A stretch of 64,000 bases of DNA, from positions 1,426,001 to 1,490,000 of the forward strand of contig NW_025765403.1 of the NCBI RefSeq assembly GCF_003918875.1, written 5' to 3'. The translations under genes were made by a program, and so were the position numbers. The notes under the pieces were generated by a model. It searched no databases. It was given only the letters and a program-made list of their open reading frames with translations, and was not told where the DNA came from. The stretch comes from Haliotis rubra (taxonomy: Eukaryota). Positions 38,601-51,070 of this stretch are shown piece by piece; positions within the stretch are counted from its first letter, which is position 1, and each line of letters opens with the position of its first letter.

Positions 38601-40080
38601 GGCATGCCAAATGCACTTCAACCTGTGGAGACATGTGCAACAAGAAAAAGTGCAATGATATATGTAGGAAGAAACTAAAATGTCGTCACCCTTGCATTGG
38701 ACTTTGCGATGCCCCGTGTCCAAGCGTATGCAAAAATGCAACCCAGAGGAAATACCGAAAGGTCTGGACGTCTTTGGAACTGAAATCTCCGGGAACACCA
38801 GGTTCATTCAACTGGAAGACTGCTCTCACATATTTGACGTGAAAGGCATGGATGAATATATGGAAGGACACTCAGGAGAAGATGAGAAAACAGTTGTCCA
38901 ACTTAAAACATGCCCAAGCTGCCAGACCCCAATTAGACGGAACCAGCGTTATGTGAACATTATAAAAGGGACTCTTTCAGACATTGAAAAGGCCAAACTG
39001 AAAGTCAGTCGAAATGGACGAAGAGTGAAGGAGTTGGAACAATTAATTTTTTCGATGCAAAGCAGATTTCAAGGCTCAGACAGGGGGGTCGTAAAACGAC
39101 TGACAACAGGCAGCCTTGTTCCGTCGGAGGGTCGCTTGTCGGCACAGGTCAATCAGTTGCGAATCATGGAGAGAGTAGTTCGCCTTGAGAAACTTGTAAG
39201 ATCAGATGCCGCCAAGTACAGCCCTGATCTGTATGACCAAGTTCTAAGAGCCATACATACCTTCAAGGAATGGCTTGTAATTCCGAGGTCTTGTTTTGGG
39301 CAGCAGGAGAGGCAGGATAGTGATGACGAGATGAAACGCCTATCTATGAGCCGTTTTCTCATTACCGCATCCCAGTTGGTTGACTCAGCAGGGAAGGGAA
39401 CTAGTGCTGACATGAATATGCGGCTTCAAGATATCATTCGACGCCTAGCGTCGTCAGAGAAGCACGAATCAGTTCTGCCTGACGCCAAACTATTGGTGGA
39501 AGAAGTCAAGGGTCATGTATCAGAATCCAAGACTGGAGCATGTGATGAAGAGAGGGTCGTGTTTCTAGAAGCGACTGGTCTGAAGCAGGGCCACTGGTAC
39601 AAGTGCAAAGAAGGTAGGTATATTGTATGTTTTGTATGTTTGTATTATGTGTAATAATAAGCCACATGTGCTTACTTTTCTTGCTTGTATTGGAGTATGT
39701 CTAATGGTAATACTTATACATCGTCTGACCAGTGCTATCAGAGTCTTTAGTGGACTGTAGATTGTAATTGCACAATGATAAATCTAAGCAAGTTTTAAAC
39801 TATCGGACAAGAGTGGAAATTGGTTGCATTATCCATTGTATAGACATTAAGTACTGTGTGTTACGTTTCCTCAGGTCATGTCTATGCTATCGGTGAATGT
39901 GTCAGACCTTACGAGGAGGTCACGTGTCCCGAGTGTGGAGGATCTATAGGAGAGGCTGCCCAAAGTCTGACAGAGGACAATGCCTTCGCTCCCGAGATGT
40001 ACGATGATGAGGACCTGCCGTGGTCTGAGGAGAGTGACCATGAGCTTGCACTAAAGCTAGACAAGGAACTTAATGGATAA
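32684..40080 (+). CDS. ZNFX1: ZNFX1 paralog 3 with two N-terminal RHIM-like motifs and a TRADD-N-like domain, ~2150 aa after indel correction
   Basis: Phase-consistent exons 32684-33200 (ph1), 33487-34134 (ph1), 40-nt micro-exon 34307-34346 (ph2), 34571-39613 (ph1), 39875-40080, all GT-AG. Helicase motifs intact. Frameshifts at ~35840-35875 (+1), A-run 36285-36290 (+1) and A-run 38732-38736 (-1) join ORFs 34458, 35812, 36278 and 38680. Confidence 0.87.
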
Positions 40081-40135
40081 ATTCGTAAGGTTTTATTCAA
40101 CAACATCACATTATTTTACATACAAGGTTAAATCG

Positions 40136-42465
40136 ACCTATACACTCACTAACAAACCATGTCACCTATACACTCACTAACAACATTATCACCTATACAC
40201 TCACTAACAAACCATATCACCAATACAATCACTAACAAACCACATCTTCAACAGACTCACTAACAAACCATATCACCAATAGGGGTGTCGCGATACGCGA
40301 ATGTATCGATGCATCGATACTTTTTTACTGACGATACGATACGCGATACATGCTTCCGTGTATCGATTCCTATTTTAAAACTTTATCGATTAAAATTTGT
40401 ATGCTATATCCATCTCTTTCGAAGTCTTGATAGTAAAATTATACGAGATCGCTCCGATAAATAGATGTAGCTAGCTGTACTTAAAAAATAGGTTGGAAAC
40501 TAACAGCTTTTGTGATTGGCTAGACTATTTTGATGGACCAATCAGCGAGCGCGTACATTGCCTGTAAGGTAATGCTATGAAAAGGCGCGAAAATTATGTA
40601 TCGCGATACGTATCGTATCGTGACCTTAAAATCGTGATACGTATCGTATCGTGAGATTGGTGTATCGTGACACCCCTGATCACCAATACACTCACTAACA
40701 AACCATATCACCTATACACTCACTAACAAACCATGTCACCTTTACTCACTAACAAACCATATCACTAATATGCTCACGAACAACATTATCACCTATACAC
40801 TCACCAACAAACTATATCACCTATACCCACTAACAAACCATATCACCAATACACTCACTAACAAACCATATCACCAGTACACTCACTAACAAACCATATC
40901 ACCCATACACTCACTAACAAACCATGTCACCTTTACTCACTAACAAACAATATCACTAATATGCTCACGAACAACATTATCACCTATACACTCACCAACA
41001 AACTATATCACCTATACCCACTAACAAACCATATCACCAATACACTCACTAACAAATCATATCACCAGTACACTCACTAACAAACCATATCACCAGTACA
41101 CTCACTAACACACCATGTCATCTGTACACTCACTAACAAACCATATCACCAATAGACTCACTAACAAACCATGTCACCTATGCACTCACTAACAAACCAT
41201 ATCACTAATAGACTCACTAACAAATCATATCACCTGTGCACTCACTAACAAACCATGTTACCTATACTCGCTAGCAAACCATATCACCAATACACTCACT
41301 AACAAATCATATCACCCATACACTCACTAACAAACCATATCACCAATAAACTCACTAACAAACCATATCACCTATACATTCACTAACAACATTATCACCA
41401 ATACACTCACTAACAAACTATATCACCTATACACTCACTAACAGCATTATCATCTATACACTCACTAACAAACCATATCACCAATACACTCACTAACAAA
41501 CCCTATCACCACCCGCTATATCACCAATACACTCACTAACAAACCATATCACCAATACACTCACTAACAAACCATATCACCAATATCAAACGATATCACC
41601 ATACACTCACTAACAAACCATATATCACTAACAATACACTCACTAACAAACGATATCACCAATACACTCACTAACAGCATAACAAACCATGTCACCTACT
41701 ACACCCATATCATATACAACTAACCAAACCATATCACCAATACACTCACTAACAAACCATATCACCAATACACTCACTAACAAACGATATCACCAATACA
41801 CTCACTAACAAACCATATCACCAATACACTCACTAACAAACCCAATACGCTCACTAACAAACGATATCACCAATACACTCACTAACAAACGATATCACCA
41901 ATACCTCATAACAAACCATACCATCACTAACAAACGATATCACCAATACATTATCACCTATACGCTCACTAACAAACGATATCACCAATACACTCACTAA
42001 CAAACGATATCACCAATACACTCACTAACAAACCATATCACCAATATCACCAATCACTAACAAACACCAATATCCAACATATCACCAATACACTCACTAA
42101 CAAACCGATATCACCAATACACTCACTAACAAACCATATCACCAATACACTCACTAACAAACCATATCACCAATACACTCACTAACAAACCATATCACCA
42201 ATACACTCACTAACAAACCATATCACCAATACACTCACTAACAAACGATATCACCAATACACTCACTAACAAACCATATCACCAATACACTCACTAACAA
42301 ACCATATCACCAATACACTCACTAACAAACCCTATCACCAATACACTCACTAACAAACGATATCACCAATACACTCACTAACAAACCATATCACCAATAC
42401 ACTCACTAACAAACCATATCACCAATAGACTCACTAACAAACCATATCACCTATACACTCACAAA
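40136..42465. repeat. 28-bp tandem satellite starting ~55 nt after the ZNFX1-3 stop
   Basis: Unit CCAATACACTCACTAACAAACCATATCA. Confidence 0.95.
40280..40678. mobile_element. hAT-type MITE inserted in the satellite
   Basis: TIRs TAGGGGTGTCGCGATAC / GTATCGTGACACCCCTG; 8-bp TSD ATCACCAA at 40272-40279 and 40679-40686; subterminal CGATAC repeats. Confidence 0.88.
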
Positions 42466-42679
42466 CTTTACCACATACGCTCATTCAAAGACACAATCAT
42501 CAATACACTCATTCACCTATCAATCCCCAATGCGTTTGACACAAGCCCACACTCACATTACCTTTTAAACACCAATGCATTCTGTCACAATTTTCTCTCT
42601 TCTACCAGCACTCCTACACACACGAGCGCGCACACACACAAGCACAGACACACGCAGATGCACTTATATGCATTAATTG

Positions 42680-43205
42680 TGTCACAAGCCCCACCAGCCA
42701 CTCACATATACTATGAAGCACCAAATGCATTACGTCACTAGCCCCACCACTCATTCACATATCCCATCAAGCACCAGTGCATTGTGTCACAAGCCCCATC
42801 ACTCTAAGATGCTAATAAACACCAATGCATTGTGTCACAAGCCCCACCACTCTCTCACAGATACCATTAAGCACCAATGCACTGTGTCACAAGCCACACC
42901 ATTGATACCATTAAGCACAAACCATTGTGTCACAAGCCACACCATTCATCTAAAGATACCATTAAGCACCAATGCATTGTGTCACAAGCCACACTATTCA
43001 CACAAAGATACCATTAAGCACCAATGCATTGTGTCACAAGCCACACTATTCACACAAAGATACCATTAAGCACCAATGCATTGTGTCACAAGCCACACTA
43101 TTCACACAAAGATACCATTAAGCACAAACCATTGTGTCACAAGCCACACCATTCACACAAAGATACCATTAAGCACCAATGCATTGTGTCACAAGCCCCA
43201 CCACT
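42680..43205. repeat. ~52-bp tandem repeat
   Basis: GCACCAATGCATTGTGTCACAAGCCACACTATTCACACAAAGATACCATTAA units. Confidence 0.9.
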
Positions 43206-43497
43206 CACTCCCTCGCGCAAGCATCAACCTATCAACGTTAAACACTAACAATAATTCACGTTCATGTAATCCACCTTCAAAAACACTGCGTGTATTCCGT
43301 TCACAGTCGCCATTGATGCTTTAATTATTAAACAGCATTTTCATTTGCATAACATTTTAATTTCTCATTGCAGCCCTTGTTCAGGATCACATTCATGAAA
43401 ACAGAATCCCCCAATGATCATGCCAGCAGCACAGTTACGCCCGACCCCGCTGCTGAGTGCATGTTTGTTATGGACAGAGAGTCTATATTCCTGAGGG

Positions 43498-43858
43498 AAA
43501 ACATGTGTCTCTCAAATCCTTCAACACGTGATGTTATGAAGGCAACGCGAAGGTTCCAGATGCCTTCTTACGTGCTAACCTTGACCGTCTAACATGTCAG
43601 ATGTTGGACTAACGCTTAAAACAGGTGTCTCTCAAATCCTTCAACACGTGATGTTATCAAGGCAACGCGAAGGTTCCAGTTGCCTTCTTACGTGCTAACC
43701 TTGACCGTCTAACATGTCACATGTTGGACTAACGCTTAAAACAGGTGTCTCTCAAATCCTTCAACACGTGATGTTATCAAGGCAACGCGAAGGTTCCAGT
43801 TGCCTTCTTACGTGCTAACCTTGACCGTCTAACATGTCAGATGTTGGACTAACGCTTA
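43498..43858. repeat. Three near-identical 120-bp tandem copies
   Basis: Sequence at 43501, 43621 and 43741 aligns with only a few substitutions. Confidence 0.95.
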
Positions 43859-43973
43859 CTATGATTACATTTCATACATCTAATCTGATGTTGTCGTGTA
43901 CTCTATAACGTCTTCTAAGAAATATTTATGTAAATTATGAGTGTATTGTGTTTATTTTCTTATTTTTCACACA

Positions 43974-44016
<43 letters not shown>

Positions 44017-44673
44017 GGATATTTATATAGCGCACATATCCAGGCAAACAGTGCATGCTCAAGGCGCTGGTATTTATAGTAACTGTTATCACGTTGTTAT
44101 TATTCATATTGTGCTTTACAGGGAACAGGGGCCACAAACATGTTTAAAGTGTAAAACTGCTTGATAGTTGGATGAAGTTGAACTCCATCTCAGAGCTATT
44201 TAAATGGTGAAAATTTGAATGTACAAATATTCTCACGTTAGCATTCCAAATGTATCAGACTGTTCGTGTAATCATGTTGTAGTGAAATGCCTTGTTAGTT
44301 TTCAACTTGTACAGGATTAAAGGAAAAGAAAACCCGAAGTATGACTTTTCTTTCCTCAATATTCACTAAATCATTACCAAGAACTACCCGCTGTGGCTTA
44401 TTATGCCCCAGGAGTTGATCTTATTTTGATCTCATACTTGCAATATACTCAGTCCTATATGTTTCAAATATAGAACAAAACACAAACCTGAATATTGTCA
44501 CCAGAAGGACCGCCGTGGTTGAACTGAAGGTGCTACTTCAGACTGCATGATGGTAGGGATGAAACATGTCGAAAATATTTAGCGTTCTGTTTAAGTTTTA
44601 ATTTGGGCGCGAGTGCTCAACATATACAGACTCGTGCCAGTTATATTCGGACACTTGACGTAGTTTCCATAGA

Positions 44674-44846
44674 GGGGCGGTGGGGTAGCCTAGTGGTTAA
44701 AGCGTTCGCTCGTCACGCCCAAGGCCCGGGTTCGATCCCCACATGGGTACAATTTGTGAAGCCCATTTCTGGTGTCCCCCGCCGTGATATTGCTGGAATA
44801 TTGCTAAAAACGGCGAAAAACCATACTCAGTCAGTCAGTCAGTCAG
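44674..44846 (+). mobile_element. tRNA-derived SINE, family A, full length with TSD
   Basis: A box TAGCCTAGTGG, B box GGTTCGATCCC, (TCAG)n tail; TSD TTTCCATAGA on both sides. Confidence 0.9.
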
Positions 44847-45030
44847 TTTCCATAGACTTCCATGTTAATTTAGTGTAGCAAAAATAATTTTCATGATATT
44901 AATTTTCGAAGATTCATGTCAGATTTTGCACATTTGTGAGGAATCATCTTACCTACAAACACATGATTTTTGTTTAATTTTCCGTTGCTTAATTATCGAA
45001 TGGAAACAATTTAATCAACATATATATGTA

Positions 45031-45442
45031 CACTAAACGCCAAAAGGAACGTTACCCTCCTGCCTTAGTGACCGAGGTACCTATCTTCAGCTGGCGTTGT
45101 GATTCCACATGTGAAATGGATGCAAATACCGCATGAATATTGCTTTGTTTTGGCGATTGATATTGCTATGTGTACACAGAAAGTGGAAAAATGTTACTTT
45201 GCAAGCAAAAATGTTAACAAAGCTAATTTTAGATGTCCCTGAACACCTTTTCACAATACCAAAGACACGTTTTACTTGTTTTCACTAATGCAAATCAGCA
45301 GAAAAGATTTGAGAATTCCTTTTAATGATTTGCATAAAGCTGTGTTGTTAAGCTTTCTTGTAAACTAATACCTTCTAACATATCTTTGATAGTTTTTCAG
45401 TAATTCATAAAGGTAGGAGGGTAACGTTTCTTTTGGCGTGTA
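45031..45442. mobile_element. MITE, Tc1-like
   Basis: ACGCCAAAAGGAACGTTACCCTCCT at left and AGGAGGGTAACGTTTCTTTTGGCGT at right. Confidence 0.7.
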
Positions 45443-45699
45443 CGCCTTTAACATGGCCTATGGGATTGTGGAACCTTACGTAAGTTGATAAATGTGATGT
45501 CATTAGTTAACTAGTAGTCGGAAAGTTGAGCTGAAATTATGTGCGCAGGGCAGAAATGATTTCACATTTGCCTGTCAAAATTTACAAAGATCCATCCTAA
45601 GCTCTCTTCATGATAATTATTTATGCTACACTGAAATAACAAGTAAATCTATGAAGATTACGTCAAGTGTCCGAATATAACGGGCACGAATCTGTATAT

Positions 45700-46295
45700 G
45701 AAGTATGCATAGGCACAATCATACATATTCCTGTGTGTGCACACATACATATACATATAATGCATGCATGCACATATACATACAATCATACAATGCATGC
45801 ACACGTATATACCATACATACATGCACAATACAAACACACATACAAAGCATGCATGCATAGAAACACACACTATGCATGCTTACAAACATACCAGGAATT
45901 CATGCACGTACACATATACACATAACATGCAATCATGCATCCATACATACATGCACACATACCATGCATTCATGCGCACATACATGCATATACCATGCAT
46001 GCATACATACATCTACGCACACCATGAATTCATGCCTGCATACATACATATACAAAAATAATGCATGCATGTACACATACGTACACACATACAATGCATG
46101 CATGCACGCATACATGCACATACACATACCATGCATGCATGCACATATACTGTGCATATGTGCGATCATACAGACACATATGCCATGCATGCATGCACAC
46201 ATACGTACACACATACCATGGATGCACAACACATACACAATACAATACAATACAATGCATCCATCCATCCATCCATCCATCCATCCATACAGACA
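45700..46295. repeat. Low-complexity (CATA/CATG/CA)n and (CATC)n
   Basis: Direct reading. Confidence 0.85.
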
Positions 46296-46443
46296 TGCTT
46301 ACTTACTGTTTACACATAACAATATCAATCGCCAAAACGTAGCAATATTCAAGCAGTATTTGCATCAATTTCACGTGTAGAATGATTCTATAGGGTATAA
46401 AGAGAAACTAGAATTCATGATATGATACACAAGTACAAGAAAT

Positions 46444-46555
46444 ATGCCACGATTAACAGCTGAAGAGAGAGAAAGAGCCATTGGGATGGTGCAGATGGGG
46501 TCGACATGCAATGCCGCTGCCAACGCCCCTCGGATACCACCATATCACGGTTATA
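46444..46555 (+). mobile_element. Tc1/mariner transposase N-terminal HTH fragment, cut by assembly gap 46556-46714
   Basis: MPRLTAEERERAIGMVQMGSTCNAAA resembles the start of invertebrate Tc1-like transposases. Confidence 0.55.
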
Positions 46556-46994
46556 NNNNNNNNNNNNNNNNNNNNNNNNNNNNNNNNNNNNNNNNNNNNN
46601 NNNNNNNNNNNNNNNNNNNNNNNNNNNNNNNNNNNNNNNNNNNNNNNNNNNNNNNNNNNNNNNNNNNNNNNNNNNNNNNNNNNNNNNNNNNNNNNNNNNN
46701 NNNNNNNNNNNNNNCATTTAAAGTAACCTGATCTGCATCTCAAAATCTGGAATGAGAGTTTGTGCAGCGTTCATAATACCATCAGATCTTAGGATAAGAT
46801 AATTCAAGATTCAAGAAAAATACAACTTTGCAAACATCTTGCACAATCCAAATAACTGATTCCTTTCTATAACATCAGATAAAAACTTGGTATTTCTTTT
46901 GGGACATGATTGCCTACTGACACATCGATCTCATCACGTCCGTCGAGGCTGGAAAGAGTGCATCAATCTTACATTGTAGCTCTCACAAGTTTCC

Positions 46995-47115
46995 AGCAAC
47001 ATCATGGCGGGGGACCCCAGAAATCGGCTTCACGCATTGTACCCATGTGGGGAATCGAACCAGGGCCTTCAGCGTGACGAGCGGACGCTTATAACCATTA
47101 GGCTACCGCGCGTCC
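46995..47115 (-). mobile_element. SINE family A, partial
   Basis: CATTGTACCCATGTGGGGAATCGAAC...GTGACGAGCG.ACGCTT...GGCTACC. Confidence 0.8.
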
Positions 47116-48737
47116 CATTTTGAAAATGAATGGTTTCAGAATAAAATAAGATGACTGAGGGGAAACTTTCATAGTTTCAGAGGGCTTTCATCCAAATAAA
47201 GTCTCTCGCATATAATAAGTCAGAGTGTAGCGCCGCAAGGTTAAGGCCAATGTTGCTTGAGACCAATGCTAACTTCTTCACGAGTATATCCTGTAATTAG
47301 ACGTATACTGATGTGTTGTACATGTAAATAATACCAAGGTTTTAAGTCGAGTTGAAAAGTTGAATGTGAAGATATTTTTCGGACCTATGTTATGCAGAGG
47401 GCACCCACACACAAGCATAGCACTTTCACACCTAGTCTCTCGTACAGACCCTGAAGCAAACATATCAAGAAAGCCCACGCAAGTCTAGAAAATGTGGCAA
47501 GTCTAGATTTCCGCAGCTTCAAGCTGAAAATGAAGAAAGTCTCAGGGCTCCTTTTCATTATATATTTTTTTTTTTACTATGAACTTTTTTCAGTAAAATA
47601 TGTTCATTTCAGAGACTAGTTGTTAGTCTATTTCACACCCAGAACTATATTTTGGTAAAATCAATCGAAGATGTTTGCAAACCAGCTCAGGGGAGGCAAC
47701 TCTTGCCAGTAGATGAGTTTGGGAGATTTCGTGTAAGATTATGTTTCAAAATGCACATCCCCATAAATAAAACTAACCACGTTTTTAAATACTGTTGTAT
47801 ATATTAACATAATCCCTTATGCTGAATGTGACCAAGTATTTTCAGGCGGGTGACATTTTGAAAGGAACCATACTCGGGAAAAGAACTGGTTAGGCTAGTC
47901 ATTAATGTATTTCTCCTGCTCTGAAGCCAACTGTACACAGATAAACATGTAACAGCTGTTGAAAGCGTAATTAAAACAGTTTTATATAAATGCATAGGAA
48001 AACATTTGGTTTTGTGTAACTATATGATTAGGCGTCACACACACGTACCTAAACGTACGTTAACGTACGACTAATAATATGTAGCTTAAACATACATTGT
48101 TGCATAATAAATACCTATAAGCATTTGATAATATGCACTAAAGTTAAAACCTGCCCTGTATACTAGCATAAGTTTAGTATTTTTTCAATTTACAGGTTCA
48201 AATTTATGTTTTTAATATCATAGGTCAGTAGAATTCACATTGCTTTGTCATGACTAAATGTGGAGGTAAAAAAAACAGAAATGGGATCAAATTGGATCAG
48301 TCACATACCATCTACGTATCAGAATCTGAGAAGAAGCTTACCCTGCTAGGGATGCTACATGTATATTACAGGCAGTGTAGAATTACCGGATATATTTTCA
48401 AATAACGGCATCTGTTATACACAGTATTTATTGTCCCGTTGTTTAGAAATTCTCAGTCCCCGTGTCCGTCACGGTCGAGGGAACCGGTGCTCCCCACCTG
48501 GCACCAAGACATCGTGATTAGATTTTTGGCACCAAACATTAATCGCACTGGATCAGTGCACATTTAAGCAAAAGTTTTAGGATACTTTGAAAAAAACATT
48601 ATTTGGGATTTAAATTAATCATTACAATACCATAAACATCTTTACACGCCCACAATCAAAACAAACATTAAAATGAAAGTACAAAAAGATGTTGGAATCA
48701 GAAATAGACGTCATATGTTAAAATAAATGCAATGTTC

Positions 48738-48885
48738 TGACTCAATGCACAGCTCATGCAACTTACACGAGTCACCAATGAAATTCCTAGTTTCGGTTTC
48801 TGTTCGGGGAAATCCCTACTGTTCCGAGAAGAGATCATTGGAGCCATATATGGCGCTCGACAATGGCGACGGAAGAGCACACGCA
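48738..48885 (+). promoter_or_regulatory. Putative interferon-type inducible promoter of ZNFX1-4
   Basis: AP-1 TGACTCA 48738-48744; ISRE AGTTTCGGTTTC 48789-48800; kB GGGAAATCCC 48807-48816; GAS TTCCGAGAA 48822-48830; CCATATATGG 48844-48853; donor CA|GTAAGT 48885/48886. Confidence 0.6.
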
Positions 48886-50048
48886 GTAAGTTCCGACTGT
48901 TCATTCCGTCTTGGCAAAGGTCGTATGTCGTTTCGATAATGATATATATCTTTGTCGTGCAAAGAACTCACTTCAGAGATCCCAACTTCATGCCATTTGT
49001 GATGTAGAAATGTTTCGTCATGCGTATTAGAATGTATGTGAGGTGTATGTGAGCAGTTGACAGAATGTGTGCCTTGAGACTGATATGTATTTGTTCAGTA
49101 TTGGGTGATATGTCATGTTGAATGTTGTCCAAATATAGAAACCAGCAATGCGTCAAGTCGGGTATATGCTAATGTGGTTAGAATATATTACTGCGCAATA
49201 CGTTTTCATATTTCTATCATGGATAGCTGGAAAGGCGTGGTGATTGGTTGTGGTGTGATTGTTAGCTTTAATCATCTTCGAAATAGTAATTGTTATTGGC
49301 CGTCCGCTCAAGAAGACATGTTGATATCCGTCAAAGTGAAGTGTTTCGGAAAAGAGTGGTGCATTGTCAAGGGAGTTAACTCGTGTGGCGCTGTTTTCAG
49401 TGAAACCGATATCACTGTGACGGGAACGCATTCATGTCAGTTACACGTTCGAGACTTGCTCCTGATTCGGTTAATTGATATATTTCTATATACTTACTTG
49501 TTTGTATTTGGATCATGGAAAGGTTGATTTGCTCAACAATGTCAGTATGTATGTGTTTATTACTGTGTTCAGTGTTACAGGTATTTGCCATTTATTTGAT
49601 ATGCTGATACATGTATTTGCCGTTTAATTGACACCATGATACAGGTATCTTTTCATCAAATGTCACTCTTATTTACACACTAGTCATCCCGCTTGTTCAT
49701 TATTACTTTACAGCATTTCAAAGTGATTTGTCAAACGATATCCATCAGTAGAATAAAGTTACCTGCATTATGATTGAATCTCCCGTTAGCATCCAAGTTA
49801 GAACAAGTTAGATTTGTCTTCATCTACCCTCCCTTGTAAGTGTCGGTGACGACATCAGGTGTTAGGCTTGTTGGGCCACATGGAGATGATTTCGATATCA
49901 GACAGAGAGAAGGTTTATTTAGGCCATGGGCCCGGTTACCAAATTTGTGTATGATTGCACAGTCGTGGGTATTTGTGGATGTACATATATAGTTTGATAT
50001 ACAATAATTTAACAGAGAAATGAGGGATGGTAACCCAAGAGTAAATAA

Positions 50049-50447
50049 TTACAGCATATTCATTGTACTTTCAATTTTAAAGATATTATAAACACATTTA
50101 GCACTACTAATCAATAGTTGTACATTATTTGTTTGTAACATGTTCTCAAACTTTATCATACTTGGTCTGGCAATGACATGCTTTGGTAGATAACGATTTC
50201 TTATACTTAAATATTTTGGACAAATAAGCAAGATGTGGTATTCATCTTCAAAATCGTTCCCACAAATTGGACACAGGAGATCGTGTAATGGTGTTTTAGG
50301 TGTAGTCCGTCTGCCCTTTACAATCATCAGTGTATGTGAACTCGATCTGAACCGTGTAAGAGCAATTCTATATTTCCTTATATCAATATGTACTAGATAC
50401 TTTTCAAAATTTAAACAATCTTTAATTTGCAAATATATATCCCTCAA
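50049..50447 (-). mobile_element. 3' fragment of a non-LTR retrotransposon ORF2 (CR1/L2-like C-terminus)
   Basis: IALTRFRSSSHTL...KGR...CPICGNDFEDEYHILLICPKY...RNRYL is the typical post-RT Cys/His segment. Confidence 0.75.
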
Positions 50448-50466
50448 TGTGAATTGTTTCGGAAAG

Positions 50467-50635
50467 GGGGCGGTGGGGTAGCCTAGTGGTTAAAGCGTTC
50501 GCTTGTCACGCCGAAGGCCCGGGTTCGATTCCCCACATGGGTACAATTTGTGAAGCCCATTTCTGGTGTCCCCCGCCGTGATATTGCTGGAATATTGCTA
50601 AAAACGGCGTAAAACCTTACTCAGTCAGTCAGTCA
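50467..50635 (+). mobile_element. SINE family A, full length with TSD
   Basis: Near-identical to the 44674 copy; TSD GTTTCGGAAAG at 50456-50466 and 50636-50646. Confidence 0.9.
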
Positions 50636-50862
50636 GTTTCGGAAAGTGTGTGGCAATGTCAAGGGAGATAACTCGTGTGGCTCTGTTTTCAGTGAAGCCG
50701 ATATCTCTGTGTCGGGAACGTATCCATGTCAGTCACATGTTCGAAACTGGCAGCTGATTCGGTTAATTGATATATTTTTATGTACTTACTTTTTGCCCAA
50801 CAATGTCATTATGTCATACTACTCTAGGCTGGATTCTTTGCATTTGTACTCAACGAGAATAT

Positions 50863-51035
50863 GCTTCACATGTAACTTCTGTTACAGCTTCACACATGTA
50901 ACTTCTGTTTCACATGTAACACATGTAACTTCTGTTACATGTAACCTCTGTTACAGCTTCCTTCTAAGCTTCACATGTAACCAGCAGCTTCACATGTAAC
51001 CTCTGTTACAACCTCACATGGAACTTCTGTTACAG
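50863..51035. repeat. ~24-bp minisatellite CTTCACATGTAACTTCTGTTACAG
   Basis: About 7 degenerate copies; the last ends at the predicted splice acceptor 51035/51036. Confidence 0.8.
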
Positions 51036-51070
51036 CCTATAAAGACCAAGTGAAGACGGATCCCTAAACT

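Noticed and set aside
43520-43580. SECIS element in the 120-bp repeat
   Set aside because: No 3' GA of the non-Watson-Crick quartet and no in-frame UGA needing recoding
44674-44745. tRNA genes here and at 50467, 58982, 59719, 63603
   Set aside because: The tRNA-like heads run into SINE bodies with tails or TSDs and lack a complete acceptor stem
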